NCBI GenBank assembly: GCA_977020255.1
Contig: CDROCS010001101.1
Span: 434,001 to 498,000 of the forward strand
Length of the DNA: 64,000 bases
Origin: Obrimoposthia wandeli
Lineage: Eukaryota
Reading direction: 5' to 3'
The notes under the pieces were generated by a model. The model was not told where the DNA came from. It saw only the letters and a list, made by a program, of their open reading frames with translations, and did no database searches. How positions within the stretch are numbered: position 1 is the first letter of the stretch; every line of letters starts with the position of its first letter. A program made the position numbers and the translations under genes. Positions 8,947 through 18,737 of the stretch are shown piece by piece.

Positions 8947-11784
8947 TTACACTTTTTGGTAGATAGCCCGAAGCACGGCAACATCAACAGTATCCAATTG
9001 TTCCGTCTTTAAGTATTCAACGGCATATTTTTGGTAAATGCCATGTGTTAAAAACAGATCAAATACTGCTTCATCAAGATGGTCATCTTTAACCATAAAG
9101 GCCATGATTTTTAATGCTTGGCTTAGTTTCTTCGCTTCTTTATATGGCCTATCTGAAGCCGTTAATGCTTCAAAAATATCGGCGACAGCAATCATGCGAC
9201 CACCAATAGGGATCTCCTCGCCTTTTAGTTTTAACGGGTAACCTTGACCATTCATTTTCTCGTGATGGCTACCTGCAATAAGAGGGACATTTTTCAAATG
9301 TTCGGGATATACAATCTGATCCAACATTAAATAAGTTTGTACAATATGGTCGTTAATATTGTATCGTTCTTCCGCTGTTAACGTGCCAGCTTGAACACCC
9401 AGATTATGTAACTCCCCCCGATTAAATTGATAAGCAGGTTTGGCCATTTTGAAATGACGTTTACCTTGCGTATTTTGCGTTGGTTCGACTTCCCATTCAG
9501 ATAAATGCTCAACATTGTCAACTAATACACGCTCAACAGCAGGTAAACTAGCATGGCGACCAGCCTTTTTAGCTAACGCTTGTTGCGAAATGCCAATATC
9601 ATCAGGTAACGTTCTTGTCCAAGTACGTAAAGAAATCTCAGCCAACCTTTCTATCTTCTCAGGCACTAAGAATTCATAGCCAGTATTACAGCTCGCAACA
9701 AATGCAAATTCATTATTCAATTCATCTTTGAGTGCATTACAACGAGCCAATGAATCAGCAGTATCACCACCCTCCGCGATAGATTGCCAATACACAATAT
9801 CAGCATCACGCTTTAATACTTCATAACGCATACGTATTTCATGAATACGATCGTAGACAGTTTCTAATTTAGTGGCTTTATCCATTACATAATCAGGTGT
9901 CGTTACCTTACCGCAGTCATGCAACCACGCAGCCACTAATAACTCTTCCTTGTTTTTAGACGTTAACGAAAAGTTTGAGAATGTATCAGTATCTACGTCC
10001 GCAGCATTTGCGATCAGTTCAGTGATCTTAGGAACTCGTTGACAATGCCCGCCTGTATACGGAGATTTTTTATCTAGCGCAGCCGCCGTCATTTTTACAA
10101 ATGAATGAAATAGCGCCTGCTGTTCATGTTCTTTCTCTAAATGTTCTAAGACGATTTCATTAAAACCGATGAAGTTTCTAACAAGACTAATTCGGTTATG
10201 CGTACAACTCGATATCTCACCATTAAAACCAATCACCAAAGCACCCACATTTTGCTCTTTCCGATTCATTAATGGAATAATAAATCCCCTTTTACAAGGC
10301 CCTGTTGCAAAGATAATACTGGCTTCTTTTTCAGATAAAACATGCACATGTTCATCTAATACCGCCTGATTATTCTGCAGTAACTGGGGGAAATCAAACT
10401 CAGGTAATGAACTTGAATTAGCGCTAAGGTGAAACGCCTCTCTGTTAACGCGGTTATTAATAAACAACTGGCAACTATTGGCCGATAAAATTGCAGAGGT
10501 TTGATCTACAATTGATGCTGATAATTCCTCAGGTTTAGATGATCGAGCGACATTATATAAATTATTAAAGAAATCTGTTAATACGCTTTCCATCAACATC
10601 ATCGTGTCATTAAGTTGATCAATTTCAACAATATTAGATACTTTGTATTCTTTACGGCGGTATTCAAAACGTTGGATATTAATCAGCGATTTGTTTAAAT
10701 AAATAAGCGGCTTTGCAATTCGTCTTGTTGATAAGATACTCACGATAAAGAAAAATAACGTCAGAAACAGCATGTTTTTCATATTGAAATGGGAATTTAA
10801 ATAGCTCGATTTAGCTAAGAACTCTTCCTCTTTTAAGCTATTAATCAAATAGACCTTATGGCCATTACCAATATCAAGTGGCGTGATCATAACTCGAGAC
10901 AAGACTTTGTTTAGTGTTAGCGATTTCAATGTTGTCACACCTATCGGGAAATCACCCATATTATCTAATGCATGATTTAAATCGGGTGCAGTCAGGTTAA
11001 ATCCCCCTGATTTTTCAAACGAAGTAAGCACCCTGTTACTCGCGATAACTTCTTTTGTCGATGCGAGCAAATAGGTAAGCGAATTTTTAGAGTATTGCAT
11101 ATGTTGAAGCAGCGCTGTCAGTGACTGAGAATCAAAGTCCGCAGCTAACACACGTTTACCATCCAAGGTTCGGCGTGAAAATGTAAAACCTAAACGCCCT
11201 GATGGATAAAAACGATATGGGTCAGAAATAAAGATTTTATCGTCGTCGCGGGTATTTTTGAACCATGCTCTAGTTCGTGGATCATAATGACTGCTGGCAT
11301 AAGTGGCAGACGATATAACCTTCAATGTATTACTTAATATAATACGTTGCTGTGGGCCATCAATATCATTAAAGCTAAGACTAAACGCAGCATTATCAGG
11401 CATATCTGGGTAGGTATTACGCATTTGTGTTGATACACGGTAGATATAAACAGACTGCCCTTGTTCATTCGCTGAATATAAGGATGTAATAAATGGATTT
11501 TTGTTTAACGTGGTGGTGATTGCAGCCAGCCACTGAAAATCTTGACGATCACTATTGATAAGATCTGATAATATCAGCGTATCAAGCAAAGTTACCACGG
11601 GGTTAGAAACCTGCTTAATCGTTACTTTCAAAGTACGAGTGAAATTTTTTACATTCTCAGTCGAGAAAAGCGCCTTTTCTGATTCTAGATGGCTTACACC
11701 AGCCACAATAGTCGCTAAGCTAAACATGCTAAATAATAAAATAAAAACAACTGATATATAAGTTCTGAACGAAATGGGTTTCAT
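8947..11784 (-). CDS. Membrane HD-GYP phosphodiesterase (Cache-HAMP-GAF-like-HD-GYP), paralogue 1
   Basis: Two TM segments, YDPRTRAWF Cache motif, HCQRV, WLHDCGK, HHEKMNGQGYP. Confidence 0.9.
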   Translation of the reverse strand: MKPISFRTYISVVFILLFSMFSLATIVAGVSHLESEKALFSTENVKNFTRTLKVTIKQVSNPVVTLLDTLILSDLINSDRQDFQWLAAITTTLNKNPFITSLYSANEQGQSVYIYRVSTQMRNTYPDMPDNAAFSLSFNDIDGPQQRIILSNTLKVISSATYASSHYDPRTRAWFKNTRDDDKIFISDPYRFYPSGRLGFTFSRRTLDGKRVLAADFDSQSLTALLQHMQYSKNSLTYLLASTKEVIASNRVLTSFEKSGGFNLTAPDLNHALDNMGDFPIGVTTLKSLTLNKVLSRVMITPLDIGNGHKVYLINSLKEEEFLAKSSYLNSHFNMKNMLFLTLFFFIVSILSTRRIAKPLIYLNKSLINIQRFEYRRKEYKVSNIVEIDQLNDTMMLMESVLTDFFNNLYNVARSSKPEELSASIVDQTSAILSANSCQLFINNRVNREAFHLSANSSSLPEFDFPQLLQNNQAVLDEHVHVLSEKEASIIFATGPCKRGFIIPLMNRKEQNVGALVIGFNGEISSCTHNRISLVRNFIGFNEIVLEHLEKEHEQQALFHSFVKMTAAALDKKSPYTGGHCQRVPKITELIANAADVDTDTFSNFSLTSKNKEELLVAAWLHDCGKVTTPDYVMDKATKLETVYDRIHEIRMRYEVLKRDADIVYWQSIAEGGDTADSLARCNALKDELNNEFAFVASCNTGYEFLVPEKIERLAEISLRTWTRTLPDDIGISQQALAKKAGRHASLPAVERVLVDNVEHLSEWEVEPTQNTQGKRHFKMAKPAYQFNRGELHNLGVQAGTLTAEERYNINDHIVQTYLMLDQIVYPEHLKNVPLIAGSHHEKMNGQGYPLKLKGEEIPIGGRMIAVADIFEALTASDRPYKEAKKLSQALKIMAFMVKDDHLDEAVFDLFLTHGIYQKYAVEYLKTEQLDTVDVAVLRAIYQKV

Positions 11785-11956
11785 TGGTAATACGATTAAT
11801 CTATAAAGAATATTATGTATTTATTGTATTACCAAACGGATAAACAGCGAACATTTAACATCTAAATTACCAGTACGCTTACAAAACAATAAAGTAAATG
11901 CTCTATAAGCAAACTAAGCGTCGACAAAAAAAACACCTACTTTAATTACGGAATTA

Positions 11957-14794
11957 TTAGGATAAATAGATATTTCTTAGTGCAACAACATCAACAAAAT
12001 CCAACTGCTCTACCTTTAAGAATTCGTCAGCGTATTGTTGATAGATGCCTTGCGTTAAAAATAGATCAAATACATCGCCATCAAGGTGCTCATCTTTAAC
12101 CATAAACGCCATGATTTTCAGTGAATGACTTAAGGTTTTCGCAGCTTTGTATGGACGGTCACATGCCGTTAGCGCTTCAAATACATCTGCAACGGCAATC
12201 ATACGACCACCGATTGGGATCTCTTCGCCTTTTAACTGCAGTGGATAGCCTTGACCATTCATTTTTTCATGATGACTGCCAGCGATAAGCGGTACATTCT
12301 TCAAGTGTTCTGGGTACGGTAGCTGATCCAGCATAAGGTAGGTTTGTACTATATGGTCATTAATGTTGTAACGTTCTTCAGGGGTTAACGTACCGCTTTT
12401 AATCATTAAGTTATGCAGCTCACCACGATTATAACGGTGTTCTGGCTGGACCATTTTAAAGTCGCGTTTACTGTTTGCTTGTAACTGCTTTTTCTCTTCC
12501 CAAACAAATAAATGCTCCGGTTTGTCGGCAAGGATCTTCTCAGTAATCGGCAATGTCTTATTGGCATGACGCTTTTTCGCTGATTCTTGTTGTGATACGC
12601 CAATATCATCAGGTAAGGTACGTAACCAAGTACGCTCACCAATTTCTGCTAAACGCTGTTGTTTTTCTGGATCTAAGAACTCACTGCCCGGATTACAACT
12701 GGCTATAAAGGCGAATTCTTCATCAAGTTCTTGTTTCACATTGTCACAAATTTGTTGCGCCTGAACAGCATCTATCCCCTCAGCAATCGACTGCCAATAA
12801 ACGACCTCGGCATCACGTTTCAATACTTCATAACGCATACGAATTTCATGAATACGGTCGTAAATCGTTTCTAACTTAGTCGCCTTATCCATCACATAAT
12901 CAGGTGTTGTGACTTTACCACAGTCATGTAACCATGCCGCGACGAGTAACTCTTCCCAGCCTTTTGACGTTAATGAAAAGTCTGAAAACTTATCCGTATC
13001 AGCGGCGGCGGCTTTAGCTAACATCTCGGTGATCTTTGGCACTCGTTGGCAATGCCCACCAGTGTAAGGTGATTTTATATCAACCGCCGTTGCCGTCATT
13101 TCAACAAATGATAAGAATAATTTACGCTGCTCATCCACTTTCTCTAAATGCTCTAATACTATCTCATTAAAGCCAATGAATTCACGCACAAAGCGTAAAC
13201 GATTACGCGTATCATCAGTGATATCAAGGGTAAAGCCGATCAATAGCGCGCCAGTATTATCATTATTACGATTGAATAATGGAATAATAAAACCTGAGTG
13301 GCATGACATGTCCGTAAAGATCTGATCAGCTTCGTCAGCCGTTAGTTCATAGATGGACTGTGTAAAAGCCTCGGGATTATGGTCGTATAAACACTGTAAG
13401 TTGAAATCACTGGTCGTACCCGACTTAGCAGACAGTGTAAACACATCACGGCTATCGGGGGTATTGGTAAATAACTGGCAATCATCCGCCGATAAGATCT
13501 CTTTTACTTGCGTTACAATGGATTCAGACAGCTCTTCGGGGCGTGACGTGCGTGCAACATTACGTAAATTATTAAAGAAATCTAATAATACATTTTCCAT
13601 CAAGCCCATCGCTTCATTTAACTTATCAACTTCTTGAATATGGGAAGCTTGATAACGTTTACGTTGAAAGCGAAAGCGTTGAATGTTCTCGATAGAATCA
13701 GTTAAATAAGTCAGTGGACTCGCTATACGGCGAGCAATATACAGCACAATAATGAATGAGATAATAACCGAAATAATTGAAATTGTAATAAGGTCGTTAC
13801 GCAGATTTGATGACGTTTCAAACAAGTCATCATGCGATACAAAGTTAACCACACGCAGCATACTATTATCTGCAAGCGTCAACGGGGATATCATTAACTC
13901 CCACGTTTTACCTTGCCAAACAACGGTTTTTGCCGATTGCCTCGTTGTATTTTCGGCCTCAAATTCCTTAACCAGTTTATCAAACTCAAGATCCTTCGCG
14001 GTAAATAAATCCTTACCCATCATTAGCGAGAACAGTTGATTACTGCCAATAATTTGCGAGTCAGTATTGAGTAAGAAGATATTAGAATTAGTCGAAAATT
14101 CAAAATACTGTACTAATTTAGTCAATTTATCTAAGGTAAGATCGACACCAATAACGGCATCGCCAGTACGTGTCTTACGTGAGAAAGTAATACCATCTTG
14201 CGCCGGGTTAGAGAAATTATATGGCCCAGTCATGTAGATTTGGTCATTGTTTTTTACTTCATTATACCAAACCCGTTCACGCGGATCATAATCACTGCTA
14301 ATGTGCAGTTCTTTCATCAATGTCATATTTAAATCGTAAAACTGAATACGCTGCGCGCCGAGAGTATAATAACGCACCATTAAGCGAGCATCGACAGGCG
14401 CTGATAATGTTTGTTTGATGTTTAGATCATGCAGCGGTTGAAACAGAAAAGCACTGCCATCTTCTTTACCAAAATACATCGAATCGAGATACTGATTTTT
14501 TTCCAGTATCTCAGTCATTGCACCAAGCCAAAGGGGATCAGGCGTACCCACATCACGAGCAGTAAACTGTCCCATCGCTAACGTGTTTAATAATGAACTG
14601 AGTGGAGAGGTTACCTTCTCAATTTTAACAGACAATTCTTCCGCGTAATTGGTCACGATATCTTTCGATAAGGTGGTTGATATTTCTTGTGAATGCTGGA
14701 CACTCACATAGATTAACGCGCCACTCAGCAAAGATATGATCGAAATAAATATACTTGCTATATATCGCCTAAATGACATCGACTTAATTATCAA
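11957..14794 (-). CDS. Membrane HD-GYP phosphodiesterase, paralogue 2 (start possibly ATG 14779)
   Basis: Same architecture; YDPRERVWY, WLHDCGK, HHEKMNGQGYP. Confidence 0.9.
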   Translation of the reverse strand: MIIKSMSFRRYIASIFISIISLLSGALIYVSVQHSQEISTTLSKDIVTNYAEELSVKIEKVTSPLSSLLNTLAMGQFTARDVGTPDPLWLGAMTEILEKNQYLDSMYFGKEDGSAFLFQPLHDLNIKQTLSAPVDARLMVRYYTLGAQRIQFYDLNMTLMKELHISSDYDPRERVWYNEVKNNDQIYMTGPYNFSNPAQDGITFSRKTRTGDAVIGVDLTLDKLTKLVQYFEFSTNSNIFLLNTDSQIIGSNQLFSLMMGKDLFTAKDLEFDKLVKEFEAENTTRQSAKTVVWQGKTWELMISPLTLADNSMLRVVNFVSHDDLFETSSNLRNDLITISIISVIISFIIVLYIARRIASPLTYLTDSIENIQRFRFQRKRYQASHIQEVDKLNEAMGLMENVLLDFFNNLRNVARTSRPEELSESIVTQVKEILSADDCQLFTNTPDSRDVFTLSAKSGTTSDFNLQCLYDHNPEAFTQSIYELTADEADQIFTDMSCHSGFIIPLFNRNNDNTGALLIGFTLDITDDTRNRLRFVREFIGFNEIVLEHLEKVDEQRKLFLSFVEMTATAVDIKSPYTGGHCQRVPKITEMLAKAAAADTDKFSDFSLTSKGWEELLVAAWLHDCGKVTTPDYVMDKATKLETIYDRIHEIRMRYEVLKRDAEVVYWQSIAEGIDAVQAQQICDNVKQELDEEFAFIASCNPGSEFLDPEKQQRLAEIGERTWLRTLPDDIGVSQQESAKKRHANKTLPITEKILADKPEHLFVWEEKKQLQANSKRDFKMVQPEHRYNRGELHNLMIKSGTLTPEERYNINDHIVQTYLMLDQLPYPEHLKNVPLIAGSHHEKMNGQGYPLQLKGEEIPIGGRMIAVADVFEALTACDRPYKAAKTLSHSLKIMAFMVKDEHLDGDVFDLFLTQGIYQQYADEFLKVEQLDFVDVVALRNIYLS

Positions 14795-15012
14795 ACCACT
14801 ACACTTCCATCTGTTAAAGTGCCGCTATAATAAGCTTTCATTACCGTTAAAGATATTAAATAACGGCTCTAAATCGCATAAACATAGTTTCTATATTGCT
14901 TTTTATAAAACGATAATATTTCATTTTATAATTCAGTTCATGATATAAAACGGTTCACTTTATGATGTCGCGAGTACAGCTAAAACTAGCTTTTTAGCTA
15001 ACGGCTGTACGC

Positions 15013-17853
15013 TTAGTTTGATTTTAATATCGTTTTAATGGCGCATATATCGACCTTATCAATCTGCGACTCGGCTAAGTACTCATCAGCATATTGTTGA
15101 TAGATACCTTGAGTAATAAACAACTCGAATAAATCTGTATCTAACTCACCATTTTTGACCATCCAGGCCATAATAAGTAATGACTCATTTAACGTTTTTG
15201 CTTGTTTATATGGCCGTTCAGCAGTCGTCAAAGCTTCAAATATATCGGCGATGGCAATCATCCGCCCACCAAGCGGGATCTCCTCACCTTTCATTTTCAG
15301 TGGGTAGCCATTTCCATTAAGTTTTTCGTGATGAGAACCAGCAATAAGCGGCACATTTTTTAAGTGCTCTGGATAGGGTAATTGATCTAGCATCAGGTAT
15401 GTTTGAATCGCATGATCGTTAACATTATAGCGTTCCTCTGCTGTTAATGTTCCACTCGTCACACGCAGGTTATGTAACTCACCGCGATTATATTGATGCT
15501 CGGGTTTGATTAAGGTGAATTCACGTTTACTCTGTGATTCTAACCTTTTACTTTCTTGCCAAGGATATAAATGCGCTTGTTTATCTGCCAATAATGATTC
15601 AGTGGTCGGTAACACCTGTGTCGTCGTATCCGCTTTATCTAATGCTTCTTGCGATAAGCCGATATTATCGGGCAGCGTACGTTGCCAAGTACGGCTGGCG
15701 ATCTTCTCTAAGCGCGCTATCGATTCAGGCTGTAAGCTTTCATGGCCAATGTTACACTGGGCAATAAATTCAAATTCGCTTTCTAGCAGCGCCTTTTGTT
15801 CATCGCAAGTTGCTTGTGCAATCAGTTTATCTTGTCCTTGGGCAACCGCTTTCCAATAGGCTATATCAGCATCACGTTTAAGCACTTCATAACGCATTCT
15901 CACCTCATGAATGCGGTCATAAATCGTTTCAAGTTTAGTGGCTTTGTCCATGACATAATCGGGGCTTGTCACTTTACCGCAGTCATGTAACCACGCAGCA
16001 ACCAGTAACTCGTCCCACCCTTCTTCTGTTAATGAAAAGTCATGAAATGCTTGCTTGTCTTGCTCTGCGGCTTTGGCGATCATTTTGGTGATTTTCGGGA
16101 CCCGTTGGCAGTGTGCTCCGGTATAAGGAGACTTAATATCAACCGACGTCGCCATCATTTCCACAAACGAATGAAATAACGCACGTTGCTCATGCTCTTG
16201 TTCAAGTTGTTCCAGCATAATTTCATTAAAGGCTAAAAACTCACGCACAAAATGAATACGCTCTCGAGAAGATATTTTGATATGACTGTTAAAGCCAATC
16301 ACTAACACGCCCACGCGCACATCCGCACGATTCAGCAGTGGAATAATAAAACCTCTAGTACAGTCCGAATCTAAAAATACCAGATTACTATCATTAACCT
16401 CTAGCTCATAAATTTCATCGGTAAAAATAGCCTTGTTATGGGCGTACAGTGCTTGCACATTAAAAGGAGTAACTGAGTCTGAATTGGCCGTCATTTTAAA
16501 TGCATCACGATCCGCGGGAGAGTTGACAAACAATTGGCATACATCACAGCCAAGAATCGCTTTTGCTTGCGTTACCATCGACGTAGATAGCTGTTCAGAT
16601 TCTGTCGAGCGGGCAATATCCCTGAGATTTTGAAAGAAGTCGACCAGCACACTTTCCATCGAATTCATGGCTTCATTCAAATCATTAATATCGTTAATGT
16701 GTGATTTTCGATATACCTTACGTTTAAAGCTAAATCGCTGAATGTTTTCAACAGATTTGGTCAGGTAAGTCAGTGGTTTAGCTATTTTTTCTGTCATAGC
16801 TAGAATAATAAGAAAAGAAATGAATACAGTAATTAAAGAAATAACGATCAGTTCGTTTCGCAGTATTGATGAGCCATATAATAGATCTTTATAAGCGACA
16901 AAGTTAACGAGGTACAACACATCAAGGCTACTTATTTCAAGCGGAGTGACCACAAGTTCCCAGTTTTGTCCTTGCCAAAATATGGTACTAAACAAGGTTT
17001 GCTCTACTTTAATATCATTAAAGTCAGGTAAGAACTCGGCAATTTCAAGTTCTTCCGCGGTGAACAGTTCCTCACCATTTATTAACGCCAGTTCTTGATT
17101 ACTTGAAATAATACGCTTTGAAGCGGTGAGCAATAATACCTTAGAATTATCTGAATATTCTAAATTCTGAATAATATCGGTGAGTGAACCTAAGGTGAAA
17201 TCGACTGCGATAACCCCTTGTTTATTTTCCAACATTCTTGAGAACGTAATACCAATACGACGCGAAAAATAGAAAGCGTAAGGTTCTGCCATGTGAATAT
17301 CCATATCACCTTTGGCATTCTTGAACCAATCACGCGTACGAGGATCGTAATAATTATTGTGCAAGCGTTTCGAACCGATACGGCGCATCTGCTGATCAAA
17401 ATAGATTGAACGTTGTTGACCATTATTAAGATTAATCTCGAGCATCAGCACCGTAATATCTGGCGCCGCATAACGTAACCGATCAGCTTCACTATGCATA
17501 GAACGAATAAGGTAAGAGTTACCATTATTATTACCAATATAAAACGAGGCGATATGTTTATTTTTAGAGAGTAGCATATGCATCATCTCTAACCATTCGG
17601 TAGGCTGCTCATTAAATTCTTTTTCAGTAAAACCTGTCTTTGCTAAGGCATTAAGCAAAGTAATGAGTGGTGTCGACAATTCATCTAATTCGACTTTCAG
17701 TTCATTGGAATAATTTTTGACGATATCTTTAGATAAAGAAACCGATACCGACTGGGAATGTTCGACACTCACATAAATAAGCACAGCACTAAGCAATGAT
17801 GCTATAGAAAGAAAAACACCTGAAATATACCAGCGAAATGAAACTGAACGCAT
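15013..17853 (-). CDS. Membrane HD-GYP phosphodiesterase, paralogue 3 (start reassigned to MRSVSF)
   Basis: Same architecture; YDPRTRDWF, WLHDCGK, HHEKLNGNGYP; this start aligns with the paralogues' N-termini. Confidence 0.88.
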   Translation of the reverse strand: MRSVSFRWYISGVFLSIASLLSAVLIYVSVEHSQSVSVSLSKDIVKNYSNELKVELDELSTPLITLLNALAKTGFTEKEFNEQPTEWLEMMHMLLSKNKHIASFYIGNNNGNSYLIRSMHSEADRLRYAAPDITVLMLEINLNNGQQRSIYFDQQMRRIGSKRLHNNYYDPRTRDWFKNAKGDMDIHMAEPYAFYFSRRIGITFSRMLENKQGVIAVDFTLGSLTDIIQNLEYSDNSKVLLLTASKRIISSNQELALINGEELFTAEELEIAEFLPDFNDIKVEQTLFSTIFWQGQNWELVVTPLEISSLDVLYLVNFVAYKDLLYGSSILRNELIVISLITVFISFLIILAMTEKIAKPLTYLTKSVENIQRFSFKRKVYRKSHINDINDLNEAMNSMESVLVDFFQNLRDIARSTESEQLSTSMVTQAKAILGCDVCQLFVNSPADRDAFKMTANSDSVTPFNVQALYAHNKAIFTDEIYELEVNDSNLVFLDSDCTRGFIIPLLNRADVRVGVLVIGFNSHIKISSRERIHFVREFLAFNEIMLEQLEQEHEQRALFHSFVEMMATSVDIKSPYTGAHCQRVPKITKMIAKAAEQDKQAFHDFSLTEEGWDELLVAAWLHDCGKVTSPDYVMDKATKLETIYDRIHEVRMRYEVLKRDADIAYWKAVAQGQDKLIAQATCDEQKALLESEFEFIAQCNIGHESLQPESIARLEKIASRTWQRTLPDNIGLSQEALDKADTTTQVLPTTESLLADKQAHLYPWQESKRLESQSKREFTLIKPEHQYNRGELHNLRVTSGTLTAEERYNVNDHAIQTYLMLDQLPYPEHLKNVPLIAGSHHEKLNGNGYPLKMKGEEIPLGGRMIAIADIFEALTTAERPYKQAKTLNESLLIMAWMVKNGELDTDLFELFITQGIYQQYADEYLAESQIDKVDICAIKTILKSN

Positions 17854-18215
17854 GCCTTGCCAACCCGTAAATAGAAAATGTATTAACCTGTCTAGAATAA
17901 CCTGTAAATGCCAGCCCGCATATGACGCTTTGGTAATAAGAGTCAAATCCATAAACTTGAATAATCATATTTATACAGTCATAAACCAAAGGTATTTCCA
18001 GGCTAAAAAAAGCGTATCTCCGATTAATTAAAACTATGTTTCGTTTAAAATTCAATCTGTTAAGCATAGCCACAATATAGCTTACTCAACATAACACCCT
18101 TGCTCATCCGTCCAGATAAAAAGCACCATTAATCAGTTGATTTTTCATTACGACAAATAAATTTCGCTAACCGCCCGTAAGAAATTACACGTAGTTACGA
18201 ATGAAAGACATTAAT

Positions 18216-18231
18216 AGTGACGTAGATCACA
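18216..18231. promoter_or_regulatory. CRP site upstream of the glycogen operon
   Basis: AGTGA-CGTAGA-TCACA, 9/10 match to TGTGA-N6-TCACA. Confidence 0.65.
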
Positions 18232-18381
18232 AAAAACCGACTGTGAACTTTAAATAAGCTCAAAAAACGACAATAATACCCCCATATGAATACTCATTTA
18301 GTTAGGTTCGCTTGATTTTTACAGCTAAACGAAACTTGATTTAAGTTATTGAGATATGCGACATATAACAAGGAAGATAAC

Positions 18382-18702
18382 ATGTTAAAAAAGCGTTTTT
18401 TTAAGACCAAGGCAGAAGCCGATGTCACCTTTGAATTCGCCTGTGATGCTACCCCAACATTGATGAGTGGTGATACGGTCGAATTATTCGCCGACTTTAA
18501 TCAGTGGCAAGCATTACCAATGAAATTTATCAAAAAAGACAAAGTCTTCCGCACCAAGGTTCGTTTACCAGAAAATAAACAATTTCACTTTCGTTACTTA
18601 ATTAACAGTAATGAATGGCAAAACGATCATAAAGCTGATTTATATTTACCTAATGCTTACGGTACTGAAAATAGCGTTGTATCAACGTTACGTACTACAT
18701 AA
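18382..18702 (+). CDS. Small CBM48 / isoamylase early-set-like glycogen-binding protein
   Basis: MLKKRFFKTK start after RBS AAGGAAG; FADFNQW, FRYLIN, WQND, NAYGTENSV. Confidence 0.82.
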   Translation: MLKKRFFKTKAEADVTFEFACDATPTLMSGDTVELFADFNQWQALPMKFIKKDKVFRTKVRLPENKQFHFRYLINSNEWQNDHKADLYLPNAYGTENSVVSTLRTT

Positions 18703-18737
18703 ATAGCTAATCAATACGTTTAAATCCAGGATGGATC

